DNA of 64,000 bases, taken from NCBI GenBank assembly GCA_903824495.1, contig CAIJXB010000061.1, positions 13,569 through 77,568 of the forward strand, written 5' to 3'. A program made the position numbers and the translations under genes. Positions 1 through 11,004 of this stretch are shown here, in pieces (position 1 is the stretch's first letter; every line of letters begins with the position of its first letter). The notes under the pieces are model-generated. The model made no database searches. It was given only the letters and a program-made list of their open reading frames with translations, and had not been told where the DNA came from. This stretch comes from an uncultured Chlamydiae bacterium. GTDB lineage: Bacteria; Chlamydiota; Chlamydiia; Chlamydiales; Rhabdochlamydiaceae.

Positions 1-678
1 AGACGATGTAAAACCTTCGATGATCTTAAGGCGTTTTGCAAGCTTCATTCTCGCTTGCATCGACTTAGTCTTTCTAAGCTTTTCTTTAAGATCAGCAACA
101 AGCGGCTCTAGATCTTCTTTTTCTAAAAGTTCTCTAACAGCTTCCGCTCCCATTTTAGCAGAGAACGCATCGGAACCCCACTTTTCTTGAGCTTCTCTGA
201 ACTCTGTATCGTTGAGGAGCTGTTTTCTCTCTAAAGTAGAGCGACCTGGATCTACAACTACGTAATCTTCGTAGTAGATCACACGCTCTAAATCAGAAGT
301 GGACATCCCTAAGATATTCCCGATACGAGACGGCATCGTCTTGAAAAACCAAATGTGCACAATAGGAACGGCAAGCTCAATGTGGGCCATTCTTTCTCTT
401 CTTACTTTAGAAAGAGTTACTTCCACACCACAGCGATCACAAACGATCCCTTTGTGTTTGATCTTCTTGTACTTTCCGCAAGCGCATTCCCAGTCACGAG
501 TAGGACCAAAAATTTTCTCACAGAAAAGCCCTCCCTTTTCAGGCTTGAATGTGCGGTAGTTGATCGTCTCCGGCTTCTTGATTTCGCCTCGAGACCAATC
601 GTTTCTAATTACATCTTCTGAGGCTATCTTAATGGTCAACTTGTCAAACTGCGACCCTTGAAACTCTTCATCTATCAT
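1..678 (-). CDS. rpoC: DNA-directed RNA polymerase subunit beta' (N-terminal part; gene continues beyond the window edge)
   Basis: Absent from the ORF track because it runs off the edge. The reverse complement from the ATG at 678 reads [87 protein letters not shown]..., which is the beta' N-terminal zinc-ribbon region. An AAGGGAG SD lies upstream, and the gene is 27 nt downstream of the rpoB stop. Confidence 0.95.
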   Translation of the reverse strand, partial: MIDEEFQGSQFDKLTIKIASEDVIRNDWSRGEIKKPETINYRTFKPEKGGLFCEKIFGPTRDWECACGKYKKIKHKGIVCDRCGVEVTLSKVRRERMAHIELAVPIVHIWFFKTMPSRIGNILGMSTSDLERVIYYEDYVVVDPGRSTLERKQLLNDTEFREAQEKWGSDAFSAKMGAEAVRELLEKEDLEPLVADLKEKLRKTKSMQARMKLAKRLKIIEGFTSS

Positions 679-705
679 TGAGTATCTCCCTTAACACGCA
701 GTAAA

Positions 706-3700
706 TTAAACTTCTTGAGCGCGTTCAGCGCGAACATCTAAACAAAGCCCTTGCATCTCTTTCACAAGAACATTAAATGATTCCGGAGTACCGGCATTGA
801 GCAGGTTTTCTCCTTTTACAATCGATTCGTAGATGCGAGTACGCCCTGCGACATCATCTGACTTCACAGTCAACATTTCTTGGAGAAGGTGAGCTGCGCC
901 ATAAGCTTCAAGCGCCCACACTTCCATCTCCCCGAAGCGTTGTCCCCCTTGTTGAGCTTTTCCGCCCAGAGGTTGCTGCGTGACCAAAGAGTAAGGTCCA
1001 ATAGAGCGTGCGTGGATCTTATCTGCTACCAAGTGACTTAACTTAAGTATGTAGATGTATCCGACCACAACGCGGCTATCAAAACGCTCTCCGGTTCTTC
1101 CGTCATATAGGTACAATTTACCATCGTCTGGTAAACCTAGGTTTCTCATCATCTCCCAAATACGAGGTTCTGGGAATCCTTCAAACACAGGGCTCTTTAC
1201 GTAGATACCGGATCTTCTTGCTGCAAACCCAAGGTGAGTTTCAAGAAGCTGACCCATGTTCATACGAGAAGGAACACCGAGAGGATTTAAGATAATCTCA
1301 ATGGTTTGTCCATCAGGAAGGTACGGCATGTCCGCTTCTGGAACAATACGGGATACAACCCCTTTGTTTCCGTGGCGACCCGCCATCTTATCTCCTACTT
1401 GCAGCTTACGCTTAGAAGCGATATACACTTTCACTTGACGAATGACGCCAGGATCGAGTTCAGTATCTCCCTTCTTCATGAGCTCAACTTCAGTATTATG
1501 ATGTGTCTGAAGAGTTTGAAGTGCTGTGTCATACTCTCTTAAAATACCCTTGAGGGTAACAAAGAGCTCATGGTCCGGCATGATCAAGTCTTCTAGACTT
1601 TCTGTTTCAAGCATTTCGATTGTGTCTTGAGTGATGACTTCTCCCTCTTGAACAAGAACGTCCCCTCTCTTACGATGAAGAATAGGTCCTGGTGCTTGTT
1701 CGTTCATGAGAAGAGCTCCCAATTTCTCGTGGAACTCCATCATCAGCTCTGCTTCTTTTGTCTTATAATCGTGATGGATGTCTTTAATGCGGCTTGCTTC
1801 TTCAACAAGTTCATCATCAGTCTTAGAAAGACGATCTCTTCTACTGAAGACTTTTACATCCATTACAACCCCTTCCGTTCCTGGAGGCGCTGTAAGCGAT
1901 GCATCTTTTACATCTGCAGCTTTTTCTCCGAAGATTGCTCTTAAGAGTCTTTCTTCTGGAGCGAGTTCCGTTTCAGACTTCGGAGTGATCTTACCAACGA
2001 GAATGTCTCCTGGCTTGACTTCCGCACCAATACGGATGATCCCATCTTCTCCAAGATTTGCTAGAATTTCTTCAGATACGTTTGGAATGTCTCTTGTGAT
2101 CTCTTCTTTTCCAAGTTTTGTATCTCGAGCTGTAAGCTCAAATTCTTCTAGATAAATCGAGGTATAATAGTCTTCTCTTAAAAGTTTTTCAGAGATGATG
2201 ATCGCATCCTCGTAGTTGTATCCACACCAAGGCATGAATGCAACAAGAACGTTTTTACCAAGAGCGATTTCTCCAAGATCCGTAGCTGGACCGTCTGCAA
2301 TGACATCACCTGCTACAATCTCGTCCCCTACATGGCAAAGCGGAGTTTGACTGATACATGTTCCGCCGTTAGAGCGTAAAAACTTCTTCAAGATATACGT
2401 CTTCTTGTGAGACAGGTTAGCTTTGGATGCGATGACGATTTTAAAGCCGTCGACATACTCAATAACTCCATCTTCCTCAGCTATGATTACAGCTCCGGAG
2501 TCTTTTGCAGAACGAAGCTCTAGGCCAGTTCCTACAATCGGCGCATCTGTTCTCAAAAGAGGTACAGCTTGGCGTTGCATGTTTGATCCCATCAAGGCAC
2601 GGTTGGCGTCATCGTGCTCTAGGAACGGAATTAAACCAGTTACAATCGAGACTAGCTGCTTAGAGGAAACGTCCATGTGGGTCGCTTTGCTCGTGTCAAT
2701 AGTCAAGGATTCACCCTTATAACGCGCCCAGCAAAGAGGTTCTGCAAACATGCTATGCTCATCGAGCACAGCTGACGCCTGCGCAATTACGCAGTTTTCT
2801 TCCTGATCGGCTGTCATGTATTCGATTTCGTCAGTTACAACACCGTCTCTTACGATACGGTACGGAGTTTCAATGAAACCAAATTCGTTGATCTTCGCAA
2901 AGGAAGATAAAGAAGTGATAAGTCCAATGTTCGGACCTTCTGGAGTCTCGATAGGACAAACTCTTCCATAGTGGCTTGGGTGAACGTCACGTACTTCAAA
3001 ACCAGCTCTTTCTCTATTAAGACCACCTGGCCCTAAGGAAGAAAGACGTCTTTTGTGCGTAAGCTCTGCAATTGGGTTTGTTTGGTCCATGAATTGGGAC
3101 AACTGAGATCTTCCAAAGAAGTCTTTTAAAACTCCTACGAGTCCTTTAGCTGACACAATTTTACCAGGAGTCAACGTATCGGAAGAAAAATCAAAGAGGT
3201 TCATTCTTTCTTTGATGATCTTCTCCATACGAGCAAGACCGATACGGCATTGGTTTTGGATAAGCTCACCAACAGATCGAACGCGTCTGTTGCCTAAGTG
3301 GTCAATATCGTCCACATGAGCTGATTCATCACCTTTTTTAAGTTGGATCAAATATTTTAGAGCTAAGATCACGTCTTCTTTTTTCAAAGTAACGTTTTGT
3401 AGCTCTTCATCAGAAATGTCTCTGCCCAATTTATAATTGAGTTTATAGCGGCCCACTCTTCCTAGGTTATAACGCTTAGGATCAAAGAAGAGGCGCATAA
3501 TAGCAGAACGTGCATTGGAAAGAGTTGCAGGTTCACCTGGTCTAATTTTTCTGTAAAAATCCTTCAAAGCAGACTCATAAGAATCTGTAGGATCTTTTGC
3601 AAGCATTTTAATCACAGGGCTTGTTTCATCCGCATCTTCTGCAATACGAACAGCTGGGATTTCAGCATCTAACATACGCTTAAGCATCGCAGTTGTCAGT

Positions 3701-4470
3701 TTTTCTGAAGCTTTTCCAAAGATCACACCACTTTGTTCTTCCACAACATCTTCAGCCAAAATTTTTCCAACAAGCTTAGTAAAGTCTTTGTCGGAGCGGA
3801 TTTTCACTTTTACGGTATTGAAGAACTCTTCAATGATGTCCGCATCTGTGGAATAGCCCAAAGTTCTGATGAAGGATGTAGCAAGAATTTTACGGCGGCG
3901 TTTTTTACGGTCGATGTAGATGTAGATTAAATCATTGGAATCAAACGCACTTTCAAGCCAGCTTCCTCTGTACGGGATGATACGGAATGAATAGATCACA
4001 ATTCCTTTAGAATGCCTTTCTTGCTCGAATGAAATTCCAGGAGAGCGGTGTAACTGGGACACGATGACCCTTTCAGCTCCGTTAATCACAAAGGTTCCCT
4101 TGTCAGTCATGACAGGAAGTGTTCCCATGTAAACTTCTTCTTCCTTAATCCCCGTCTCGTCCGTCAGTCTGAACTTTACTTTTAAAGTAACGTTATATGT
4201 GATCCCTCTACGGATACACTCTTCTGGATCGTACTTAGGAACTCCAAGGCTGTACGATAAAAATTCCAAAACGGTCTTTTCATCATATGACTTGATTGGG
4301 AAGATTTCGTTGAATACTTCTTGCAAACCTTCGCTATCCCTTTCATGGGGCAACTTGTCTGCTTGCAGAAACTGCTTGTATGATTTAATTTGAATTTCAA
4401 TCAAATTTGGAAGGTCAATAATTTCTTCTTTTTCACGGAAACTCACCCGATGAGGCGGCTTTTTAAGCAT
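706..4470 (-). CDS. rpoB: DNA-directed RNA polymerase subunit beta
   Basis: The 1254-aa ORF has canonical beta-subunit motifs ([64 protein letters not shown]). It sits between rplL and rpoC. Confidence 0.98.
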   Translation of the reverse strand: MLKKPPHRVSFREKEEIIDLPNLIEIQIKSYKQFLQADKLPHERDSEGLQEVFNEIFPIKSYDEKTVLEFLSYSLGVPKYDPEECIRRGITYNVTLKVKFRLTDETGIKEEEVYMGTLPVMTDKGTFVINGAERVIVSQLHRSPGISFEQERHSKGIVIYSFRIIPYRGSWLESAFDSNDLIYIYIDRKKRRRKILATSFIRTLGYSTDADIIEEFFNTVKVKIRSDKDFTKLVGKILAEDVVEEQSGVIFGKASEKLTTAMLKRMLDAEIPAVRIAEDADETSPVIKMLAKDPTDSYESALKDFYRKIRPGEPATLSNARSAIMRLFFDPKRYNLGRVGRYKLNYKLGRDISDEELQNVTLKKEDVILALKYLIQLKKGDESAHVDDIDHLGNRRVRSVGELIQNQCRIGLARMEKIIKERMNLFDFSSDTLTPGKIVSAKGLVGVLKDFFGRSQLSQFMDQTNPIAELTHKRRLSSLGPGGLNRERAGFEVRDVHPSHYGRVCPIETPEGPNIGLITSLSSFAKINEFGFIETPYRIVRDGVVTDEIEYMTADQEENCVIAQASAVLDEHSMFAEPLCWARYKGESLTIDTSKATHMDVSSKQLVSIVTGLIPFLEHDDANRALMGSNMQRQAVPLLRTDAPIVGTGLELRSAKDSGAVIIAEEDGVIEYVDGFKIVIASKANLSHKKTYILKKFLRSNGGTCISQTPLCHVGDEIVAGDVIADGPATDLGEIALGKNVLVAFMPWCGYNYEDAIIISEKLLREDYYTSIYLEEFELTARDTKLGKEEITRDIPNVSEEILANLGEDGIIRIGAEVKPGDILVGKITPKSETELAPEERLLRAIFGEKAADVKDASLTAPPGTEGVVMDVKVFSRRDRLSKTDDELVEEASRIKDIHHDYKTKEAELMMEFHEKLGALLMNEQAPGPILHRKRGDVLVQEGEVITQDTIEMLETESLEDLIMPDHELFVTLKGILREYDTALQTLQTHHNTEVELMKKGDTELDPGVIRQVKVYIASKRKLQVGDKMAGRHGNKGVVSRIVPEADMPYLPDGQTIEIILNPLGVPSRMNMGQLLETHLGFAARRSGIYVKSPVFEGFPEPRIWEMMRNLGLPDDGKLYLYDGRTGERFDSRVVVGYIYILKLSHLVADKIHARSIGPYSLVTQQPLGGKAQQGGQRFGEMEVWALEAYGAAHLLQEMLTVKSDDVAGRTRIYESIVKGENLLNAGTPESFNVLVKEMQGLCLDVRAERAQEV

Positions 4471-4597
4471 TGAAATCGCTCCTACCCTATGATTTTTAAT
4501 GGAATCCTTGACTAATGCACTCCAATCGGAACTACGCTCTCGAGAGGCGAATATGCACTAGGAAACTAATAAATATTTACATTGTAAAATAACAACA

Positions 4598-4628
4598 AGG
4601 AACAGAAGCTTTAATCGCCTCTGTTCCT
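4598..4628 (-). terminator. Hairpin between rplL and rpoB (possible attenuator or partial terminator)
   Basis: A 9-bp stem (aggaacaga / tctgttcct) with a 13-nt loop. On the transcribed minus strand it is followed by the U-rich tail UGUUGUUAUUUU. An rplL-rpoB attenuator is known in E. coli, but this one is only a structural guess. Confidence 0.35.
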
Positions 4629-4650
4629 CTTCAAAAAACCAGCTAAAATC

Positions 4651-5049
4651 TTAGAGACCTTTAAGCGTTACTTTTCCACCAGCAGCAGTTGCTTTCTTAG
4701 AAATGTCTTCTGCTTCTGCTTTAGGGCAAGTCTCTTTAAGTACTTTAGGAGCTCCGTCAACTAGATCTTTCGCTTCTTTTAGTCCGAGACCTGTGATTTC
4801 GCGAACAAGCTTGATCATGCCGATCTTCTTGTCAGCTGGAGTTTCTTCTAAAGTAACTTTAAACTCTGTAGACTCAGCTGCTGCAGGAGCTGCAGCTGTT
4901 GGAGCTGCTGCCATCATCATAGGAGCTCCAGATGCGGCTTTTACACCCCATTTGTCTTCAAGAGCAGTTTTGAGTTTAGACATCTCTAAAACGCTCAGTT
5001 TGCTTAGTTCTTCTACTAATTTTTCAATTGTTTGTTCTTGTGTGCTCAC
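4651..5049 (-). CDS. rplL: 50S ribosomal protein L7/L12
   Basis: The 132-aa ORF has an Ala-rich hinge ([13 protein letters not shown]) and a C-terminal [23 protein letters not shown] motif. Confidence 0.95.
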   Translation of the reverse strand: MSTQEQTIEKLVEELSKLSVLEMSKLKTALEDKWGVKAASGAPMMMAAAPTAAAPAAAESTEFKVTLEETPADKKIGMIKLVREITGLGLKEAKDLVDGAPKVLKETCPKAEAEDISKKATAAGGKVTLKGL

Positions 5050-5077
5050 GTTAAAACCTCATTAATTATTTGTTAAA

Positions 5078-5608
5078 TTATGAATTGACTTCTTCTTTGC
5101 TATCAGCTGTTTTATTTTCTAAACAGTACACGACGCTGCAAAGCAGAGCCTCAATAGTTGCAAGAGTTTGACTCATTGGAGCTTCAAATGTTCCTAAGAG
5201 CTGAGCACGCATTTCATCTTGGCTTGGTAGCTGAGAAATGAGTTTCAAGTCTGTTTCGGAACAAAGCTGTCCTTCAAAACGTCCTCCGATCACAACAAAA
5301 TTGTCTGTATTTTCTTTGCAGAATTGATACACGTACTTTGTTGTTTCCACAGGGTCACTATCCGCAAAAATCACACCGATGTGACCTTGAAGATTAGAGC
5401 GATCTAAAGTGAATCCAGCTTTTTCAGCTGCCTTAATGAGCATTCTCTTCTTTACGATTTCAAAGCTGCCGCCTGTCTTCGAGATGTTCATACGAAAATC
5501 TGAAGCAAGATTAGGGCTCATTTTTTGATAAGTCGCTAGAACTATGGCTTGAGAGCCATCGATCTTGTCCTTAATTTCTTGCAATAATAGGGATTTTTCC
5601 TGTCTCAT
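5078..5608 (-). CDS. rplJ: 50S ribosomal protein L10
   Basis: A 176-aa ORF in the conserved position between rplA and rplL. Its length and profile are L10-like. Confidence 0.88.
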   Translation of the reverse strand: MRQEKSLLLQEIKDKIDGSQAIVLATYQKMSPNLASDFRMNISKTGGSFEIVKKRMLIKAAEKAGFTLDRSNLQGHIGVIFADSDPVETTKYVYQFCKENTDNFVVIGGRFEGQLCSETDLKLISQLPSQDEMRAQLLGTFEAPMSQTLATIEALLCSVVYCLENKTADSKEEVNS

Positions 5609-5611
5609 TTG

Positions 5612-6322
5612 TTACACTCCTTGTATCTCAGGGATGGAATGCAAATCAATTTTGAGCCCAGGTCCCATTGTAGAGGACAGCGCTAGAGACTTCAAAAATT
5701 GTCCTTTTGCAGTTGCAGGTCTTGACCTTGCAATCGCTGTTAGCAATATCACAATGTTTTCATGAAGTTTGTCTTTTGTAAAAGAGACTTTTCCAACTGA
5801 ATTATTGATTACGCCATGCTTATCCGTTTTAAACTCAACTTTACCTGCTTTGACTTCGGAAATAGCCTTGGAAATATCCGTTGTAACGGTTCCAGCTTTA
5901 GGGCTAGGCATTAAACCTCTAGGGCCTAATATCTTAGCTAACTTTCCTAATTCACGCATCATATCTGGTGTGGATATGATTGCATTAAAATCTAGCCAAC
6001 CTGATTTTACTTTCTCAAGAAGGTCTTCATTTCCCGCAAAATCAGCTCCAGCATCGAGCGCTTCTTTAATCTTGTCTCCTCGTGCGAACACGACGAGAAC
6101 AATCTTTTTCCCTGTACCATTCGGTAGTGATACAGTTCCACGCACTTGCTGTTCTGTTTTTTGCGCATCTACGCCAGTTTTTAGCGCTAGCTCCAACGAC
6201 TGATCAAACTTAGTCGGAGGACATTTTTTTAAAATTTCGATAGCTTCTTGTACGCTGTAGCTTTTTTCTACATCATACAACTTCGCTATCTCCCGAAATC
6301 TTTTGCTTTTGTGATGCGACAT
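5612..6322 (-). CDS. rplA: 50S ribosomal protein L1
   Basis: A 236-aa ORF with L1 motifs (GTVSLPNGTGK, LGPRGLMPSPKAGTVT). Confidence 0.95.
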   Translation of the reverse strand: MSHHKSKRFREIAKLYDVEKSYSVQEAIEILKKCPPTKFDQSLELALKTGVDAQKTEQQVRGTVSLPNGTGKKIVLVVFARGDKIKEALDAGADFAGNEDLLEKVKSGWLDFNAIISTPDMMRELGKLAKILGPRGLMPSPKAGTVTTDISKAISEVKAGKVEFKTDKHGVINNSVGKVSFTKDKLHENIVILLTAIARSRPATAKGQFLKSLALSSTMGPGLKIDLHSIPEIQGV

Positions 6323-6328
6323 GTTTTT

Positions 6329-6757
6329 TTAACCTTCGATTATATCTACGCCCATAGAACGAGCGGTACCCATAATAAGCTGCATAGCAGCCTCTTCGGA
6401 ATTCACACGCATATCCGATCGTTTTCTATTAACGATGTTTCGGACTTGCGTTTTTGTGAGCTTCCCTACTTTGTCCCTATTTGGCACTTTAGAACCTTTC
6501 TCTATCCCTGCTTCTTTTAAAATAAGACGGGAAGATGGAGGTTGTTTTGTGACAAATGTGAACGTTTTATCTGCATAGACAGAGATAACAACAGGAAGAA
6601 TATCCCCTGCTTTATCTTGAGTCTTTGCATTAAATTCCTTACAAAAAGCCATAATATTCACGCCGGCTCCACCCAAAGCTGGGCCAATAGGAGGGGCGGG
6701 ATTAGCTTTTCCTGCAGGGATTTGCAGTTTAATTGTTTTTACAAGTTTTTTCGCCAT
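6329..6757 (-). CDS. rplK: 50S ribosomal protein L11
   Basis: The sequence [43 protein letters not shown] is canonical L11. The track ORF starts two codons earlier (6763, MIMAKK), so the start is ambiguous. Confidence 0.95.
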   Translation of the reverse strand: MAKKLVKTIKLQIPAGKANPAPPIGPALGGAGVNIMAFCKEFNAKTQDKAGDILPVVISVYADKTFTFVTKQPPSSRLILKEAGIEKGSKVPNRDKVGKLTKTQVRNIVNRKRSDMRVNSEEAAMQLIMGTARSMGVDIIEG

Positions 6758-6785
6758 TATCATTCCTTACTGCAAAAAATTCTTT

Positions 6786-7334
6786 CTATACCATTTCTGA
6801 TTCTGCCGACACTTGCTCGACTTGCCAGAATTCTAAATCATCAACTCTTGTTTCTCGACCAAAGATAGATACCATAACACTGAGTCTTCCCTTATCGTGG
6901 AACACTTCAATAACAGTTCCGATGAAGTTAACAAAAACTCCATCTGTAATCTTCACTTTGTCGCCTGCTGTGATATTGTGCTTTTGGACAATACCCTCTT
7001 TCTTCTCTTCTAATTCTGCTAAAATAGCGTCTACTTCTGATTGTGGAAGAGACGACGGTTTTGCTCCGCCTAAAAAGTCCAATACACCATTCGTGTTCTT
7101 GACATACATCCAAGCATCGTCCGTGAGTGTCATCTGAACAAGAATATATCCAGGCCACATCTTTTTCTCGCTGACCTTCTGTTGTCCCTTCTTCACTTCA
7201 GCCACATTTTCAGTAGGCACCAAAACTTCCGCAACAAGCTCGCTCATCCCTTTGGATTCACGATTTTCTTCCAGTGACTTTTTGACCTTTTTTTCAAGTC
7301 CCGATATGACTTGAACTACATACCATTTATGCAT
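6786..7334 (-). CDS. nusG: Transcription termination/antitermination factor NusG
   Basis: A 182-aa ORF with the NGN-domain start MHKWYVVQVISGLEKKVK and a C-terminal KOW-like GDKVKITDGVFVNFIGTV. It lies in the secE-nusG-rplK order. Confidence 0.95.
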   Translation of the reverse strand: MHKWYVVQVISGLEKKVKKSLEENRESKGMSELVAEVLVPTENVAEVKKGQQKVSEKKMWPGYILVQMTLTDDAWMYVKNTNGVLDFLGGAKPSSLPQSEVDAILAELEEKKEGIVQKHNITAGDKVKITDGVFVNFIGTVIEVFHDKGRLSVMVSIFGRETRVDDLEFWQVEQVSAESEMV

Positions 7335-7349
7335 TTTGCCCCTAATTGA

Positions 7350-7583
7350 TTAGCCAAAAATAAAATGTACAACGATCTTTATAGATTCCAGACAGCTCTT
7401 AATCACGAAATCCACAAGATAAATGCCCACGCCAAACAAAAGCGTTGCTAAAACAACCATCTTTGTTGAAAAACTCAATTCTTCTTGAGACGTCCAACTT
7501 ACTTTTTTGAGCTCATCCTTCAAATCTTGGATATAGGAAAAAACAGATAATTTACTTCCAGAACTTGTCTTTTCAGTTTCCAT
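7350..7583 (-). CDS. secE: Preprotein translocase subunit SecE
   Basis: A small protein with one C-terminal TM helix (MVVLATLLFGVGIYLVDFVI), located between tRNA-Trp and nusG. I chose the start at METEK (a GGGGGA SD lies upstream) over the longest ORF start at 7622, which would abut the tRNA. Confidence 0.8.
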   Translation of the reverse strand: METEKTSSGSKLSVFSYIQDLKDELKKVSWTSQEELSFSTKMVVLATLLFGVGIYLVDFVIKSCLESIKIVVHFIFG

Positions 7584-7629
7584 AGTCCCCCATCCAAATT
7601 TTAAAGTTAACTCTACCACCAAACTTCAT

Positions 7630-7702
7630 CGAGTGCGGAGGGATTCGAACCCCCGGCCAGCGACTTTGGAGATCGCTGCTCTACCAGCTGAGCTACGCAC
7701 CC
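7630..7702 (-). tRNA. tRNA-Trp (anticodon CCA)
   Basis: The reverse complement gggtgcgtagctcagctggtagagcagcgatctCCAaagtcgctggccgggggttcgaatccctccgcactc folds as a cloverleaf. It has a 7-bp acceptor stem, the GTTCGAATC T-loop and a CU-CCA-AA anticodon loop. Confidence 0.95.
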
Positions 7703-7766
7703 TGATCATACAACAAGGCTCTTGAACCTTTTTACAAAGGCTCAAGAGCACTTGATTTATCTCAAG

Positions 7767-8951
7767 TTATGCAAGAATCTTTGAAACTGTTCCCGCGCCG
7801 ATGGTTCTTCCACCTTCACGAATAGCAAATCTCATTCCTTCTTCCATAGCTACCGGGCAGATAAGTTCAGCTGTAAGCTCAACGTTATCACCAGGCATGA
7901 TCATCTCTGTTCCTTCTGGAAGCGTTACAGTTCCTGTTACGTCCGTAGTACGGAAGTAGAACTGAGGACGATATCCTGTGAAGAACGGCTTATGACGGCC
8001 ACCCTCATCTTTAGTAAGGATATAAACGGTTCCTTTGAACTTCGTATGTGGCTTACATGTGTTAGGAGCCGCCAAAACCATTCCTCTTTCGATGTCGTTC
8101 TTTTCAACACCTCTGAGTAGGATTCCAACGTTCTCACCAGCACGAGCTTCGTCGAGAAGTTTATTAAACATCTCAAGGCCTGTAGCTACAGTTTCTTTTG
8201 TAGGTCTGATTCCGACGAGTTGTAGCTTGTCGTTAACCTTAACAATCCCTCTTTCAACACGACCTGTAGCAACTGTTCCTCTTCCGGAGATAGAGAAAAC
8301 GTCTTCAACAGGCATCAAGAAAGGCTTGTCAACTTCGCGAGCTGGCGTAGGGATCTTTTCATCCACAGTAGCCATTAGTTTTTCGATGCTCTCAACGTAT
8401 TTAGGATCGCCTTCAAGAGCTTTTAATGCGGAACCTCTGATGATTGGCACATCATTGTATCCTTTAGAAGCTAAAAGTTCTTGTAGCTCCATCTCAACGA
8501 GGTCTACAAGCTCTTCATCACCTTGACCGATCATATCCATCTTGTTTAGGAACACAACAATCGCAGGAACCCCTACTTGGCGAGCAAGTAGAACGTGTTC
8601 TTTCGTTTGAGGCATAGCACCGTCAGTTGCAGCTACGACGAGGATTGCTCCGTCCATCTGAGCAGCACCTGTAATCATGTTCTTGACATAGTCAGCGTGT
8701 CCTGGGCAGTCTACGTGAGCATAGTGTCTATTCGCTGTTTCATACTCAACGTGAGTGGAGTTGATCGTGATTCCACGAGCTTTTTCCTCAGGCGTGTTGT
8801 CGATAGAAGCGTAATCTCTGTACTTCCCTCCGCCTTTTAGGGCGAGCACTTTTGTGATAGCTGCTGTTAGGGATGTTTTTCCGTGGTCGACGTGGCCGAT
8901 CGTTCCAATATTAACGTGCGGCTTTTTTCTTTCAAATGTTTCTTTTGCCAT
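7767..8951 (-). CDS. tuf: Elongation factor Tu
   Basis: A 394-aa ORF with [16 protein letters not shown] and NKMD GTPase motifs. Confidence 0.98.
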   Translation of the reverse strand: MAKETFERKKPHVNIGTIGHVDHGKTSLTAAITKVLALKGGGKYRDYASIDNTPEEKARGITINSTHVEYETANRHYAHVDCPGHADYVKNMITGAAQMDGAILVVAATDGAMPQTKEHVLLARQVGVPAIVVFLNKMDMIGQGDEELVDLVEMELQELLASKGYNDVPIIRGSALKALEGDPKYVESIEKLMATVDEKIPTPAREVDKPFLMPVEDVFSISGRGTVATGRVERGIVKVNDKLQLVGIRPTKETVATGLEMFNKLLDEARAGENVGILLRGVEKNDIERGMVLAAPNTCKPHTKFKGTVYILTKDEGGRHKPFFTGYRPQFYFRTTDVTGTVTLPEGTEMIMPGDNVELTAELICPVAMEEGMRFAIREGGRTIGAGTVSKILA

Positions 8952-9009
8952 TACTTCCTCCGTTAGGCTCCAGTAATTTTCATGTTTAATTCTTCAAATC
9001 CATTGACTA

Positions 9010-9081
9010 TGCCCGGAATAGGAATCGAACCTACGACCCCTTGCTTACCATGCAAGTGCTCTGCCACTGAGCTATCCGGGC
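9010..9081 (-). tRNA. tRNA-Thr (anticodon GGU)
   Basis: The reverse complement is GCCCGGA TA GCTC AGTGGC AGAGC A CTTGC AT-GGT-AA GCAAG GGGTC GTAGG TTCGATT CCTAT TCCGGGC A. The acceptor stem pairs perfectly. The position upstream of tuf matches Chlamydia. Confidence 0.95.
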
Positions 9082-9209
9082 GCTTTTCACAGCTGTCCAG
9101 TTCCTAGTCGAAAGCCCGCAAGCTTACTTGCAGAAGGGCATTAAAATCAACATAAAATGTATTTAGTTTGATTTTTCTTTCGCTTTTTTTGGGAACCAGA
9201 CAGACAGCG

Positions 9210-9428
9210 CTACCTCTGCCTATAAATAATTCTTGCTTTCGTAAGGTCATAAGGAGACATTTCAATTGTCACCGTATCACCCACAAGAACTCGAATATTA
9301 CGCATCCTCATTTTTCCACACAAATGAGCCGTCACGTGCATTCCGTTTTGCAAAACCACGCGAAAATTCATATTCGGCAGGAGCTCTTCTATCGTACCAT
9401 CTATCTTGATTGTGTCTTCTTTTGGCAT
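9210..9428 (-). CDS. infA: Translation initiation factor IF-1
   Basis: The 72-aa [73 protein letters not shown] is canonical IF-1 with an S1 fold. Confidence 0.95.
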   Translation of the reverse strand: MPKEDTIKIDGTIEELLPNMNFRVVLQNGMHVTAHLCGKMRMRNIRVLVGDTVTIEMSPYDLTKARIIYRQR

Positions 9429-9548
9429 ACTTTAAGTTTTTTATAAAACATGGGACTATGTAACAAGATCTTACCCATTAATGTCAATCCCGTTTTAGAA
9501 AAAAGAACCCTCCTCTCAAAATTTTACTATTAACCCTTTAGACTTGGC

Positions 9549-9577
9549 TTGACTTCCCTTGCGGGAATCTTTATCAT
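9549..9577 (+). promoter_or_regulatory. Candidate sigma70/66-type promoter for the sufE-like gene
   Basis: TTGACT (9549-9554), a 17-nt spacer, then TATCAT (9572-9577), ending 27 nt before the ATG at 9604. This is a sequence match only. Confidence 0.4.
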
Positions 9578-9603
9578 GTACCCTCTAAAAACGAGTAGCG
9601 TTC

Positions 9604-10065
9604 ATGAAAAAAAGTCCATCTTATACAGAAGTGCTATATCTTTACGAGCAGAAACACGAAGCTTTGCTACAAAAATTTTCTTTGCTTAGAGATCCTAAAG
9701 AAATTTATGAGAAGTTGATTGAACTTGGAAGGACTTTACCCCCGCTTCCTGATGATTTAAAAAGGGCTGAAAATTTAGTCCAGGGATGTCAAAGTGAAGT
9801 GTATCTTCTAGCTGAAATAGATCCTGATGGAAAAATGATTTATCATATTGGCTCAGAAGCCCTCATTTCATCAGGGCTTGCCGCCCTTCTTCTTTTGGTC
9901 TATCAAGGAGAGCCTGCTGAAATGGCCATGCTCTGCCCTCCCCTTTTCATCTCAGATCTAGGGCTTGGAAAAAGCCTATCACCAGGAAGGTCGAACGGAC
10001 TTGCTAGCATCTATGCCCGTATGAAGCAAGAAGCTACGAAGCTCTATCTCAAGAAGAACTCTTAA
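9604..10065 (+). CDS. sufE: SufE-like cysteine desulfuration / Fe-S assembly protein
   Basis: A 153-aa ORF with the SufE signature NLVQGCQSEVYL and LSPGRSNGLASIYARM near the C-terminus. Confidence 0.8.
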   Translation: MKKSPSYTEVLYLYEQKHEALLQKFSLLRDPKEIYEKLIELGRTLPPLPDDLKRAENLVQGCQSEVYLLAEIDPDGKMIYHIGSEALISSGLAALLLLVYQGEPAEMAMLCPPLFISDLGLGKSLSPGRSNGLASIYARMKQEATKLYLKKNS

Positions 10066-10865
10066 AGATTTTTTAGCTCTGTTGAGGAGATGGACTCAAC
10101 CTCTGAAAGATCGTCTATGATGACCTCTACACAGGAAGCATCTTCCACCACCCTACTAGCACACCATTGATCAAAATCAGGACCTTCATTACTTTGACTT
10201 GCGATGGTTGTTATGGCTGAACTTCTACCCCCATCACCATTTCCTTGGACAACTTCCAAGTTTGAAGCTTTAGCTAATTTGGATTTGGCTCGAGCAGATT
10301 TGTTATTAAGGGAATAGATGTAATTTTTAATTGCATTGCTGGAATAATATTTGCCGGCAGGCTTTCCTGGAGCATCCATTTCAGAAAAAATCCGAGAAAT
10401 TTCCTCCCACTTTTGAGGATGTTCATCGCTTAATTTTTTAATGATTGCCTTATGACACTCCTGAACACTCCCCCCAAGAGAATTAGGGCTTAAATTATTC
10501 TTCCATTTTTCTCTTACCTGTTTTGCACTTCTGCCTAAGCACCGCATTTCAGCCTGTTCCATAATTTTAGAATCGAAGATCCAACTCTCTATCGAGCTGC
10601 CCCTAGCTGAGCAGGACCTTTCGACCGCACGCTTGACAGTTTCCACCTCTTCATGAGTCCAAATATTTATTTTACTTCTGCGAATAGCTTTAGTAGCAAC
10701 TTCTCTTACTTTCTCACCTTCTTCTTGAGGACCTTCATAATAGTCTATTTTTCTCTTACTCGATCGATTGGGCCTACCACCCTTTTCATCCACTCGAAAA
10801 GGATCCGTCAAAAAATCATTAAGTCTCCACTCATCAACTGGAATAGACATACAAAACCAACCCAA
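10062..10865 (-). CDS. Hypothetical protein with eukaryote-like Myb/SANT (R2R3-like) repeats
   Basis: WTHEEVETVKRAV...GRSAKQVREKWKNNLSPN resembles Myb R2 (GRTxKQCRERWxNxLxP). KWEEISRIF...YYSSNAIKNYIYSLNNK resembles R3 (WxxIAxxLPGRTDNAIKNHWNS). There is a basic KRK patch near the N-terminus, and the upstream region is visibly AT-rich. The domain call is by eye only. Confidence 0.55.
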   Translation of the reverse strand: MGWFCMSIPVDEWRLNDFLTDPFRVDEKGGRPNRSSKRKIDYYEGPQEEGEKVREVATKAIRRSKINIWTHEEVETVKRAVERSCSARGSSIESWIFDSKIMEQAEMRCLGRSAKQVREKWKNNLSPNSLGGSVQECHKAIIKKLSDEHPQKWEEISRIFSEMDAPGKPAGKYYSSNAIKNYIYSLNNKSARAKSKLAKASNLEVVQGNGDGGRSSAITTIASQSNEGPDFDQWCASRVVEDASCVEVIIDDLSEVESISSTELKNL

Positions 10866-11004
10866 ATTTAAATTTTTAATAATAAATTATAGATAAAAAT
10901 AAACAAAAAATCAATTTAAAAAAATTAATTAACTCAAAATGCACTTAAGTTTGACCTTTTATAGCAGATCTAATATGATTTTGCTGAAATAATTGGAGAT
11001 CATT

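Noticed and set aside
1256-4400. Multiple 60-125-aa ORFs on the plus strand (and one alternative minus frame) inside rpoB. Similar shadow ORFs lie inside rplL, rplA, rplK, nusG, tuf and infA.
   Set aside because: They are antisense or off-frame shadows of highly conserved genes, with low-complexity translations and no RBS. They were not called.
7711-7760. An imperfect hairpin (ctcttgaacc / ggctcaagag) between tuf and tRNA-Trp, considered as a terminator.
   Set aside because: There is one mismatch in a 10-bp stem and no U-tract. tuf and the downstream tRNA-secE-nusG genes are probably co-transcribed or processed, so this is too weak to call.
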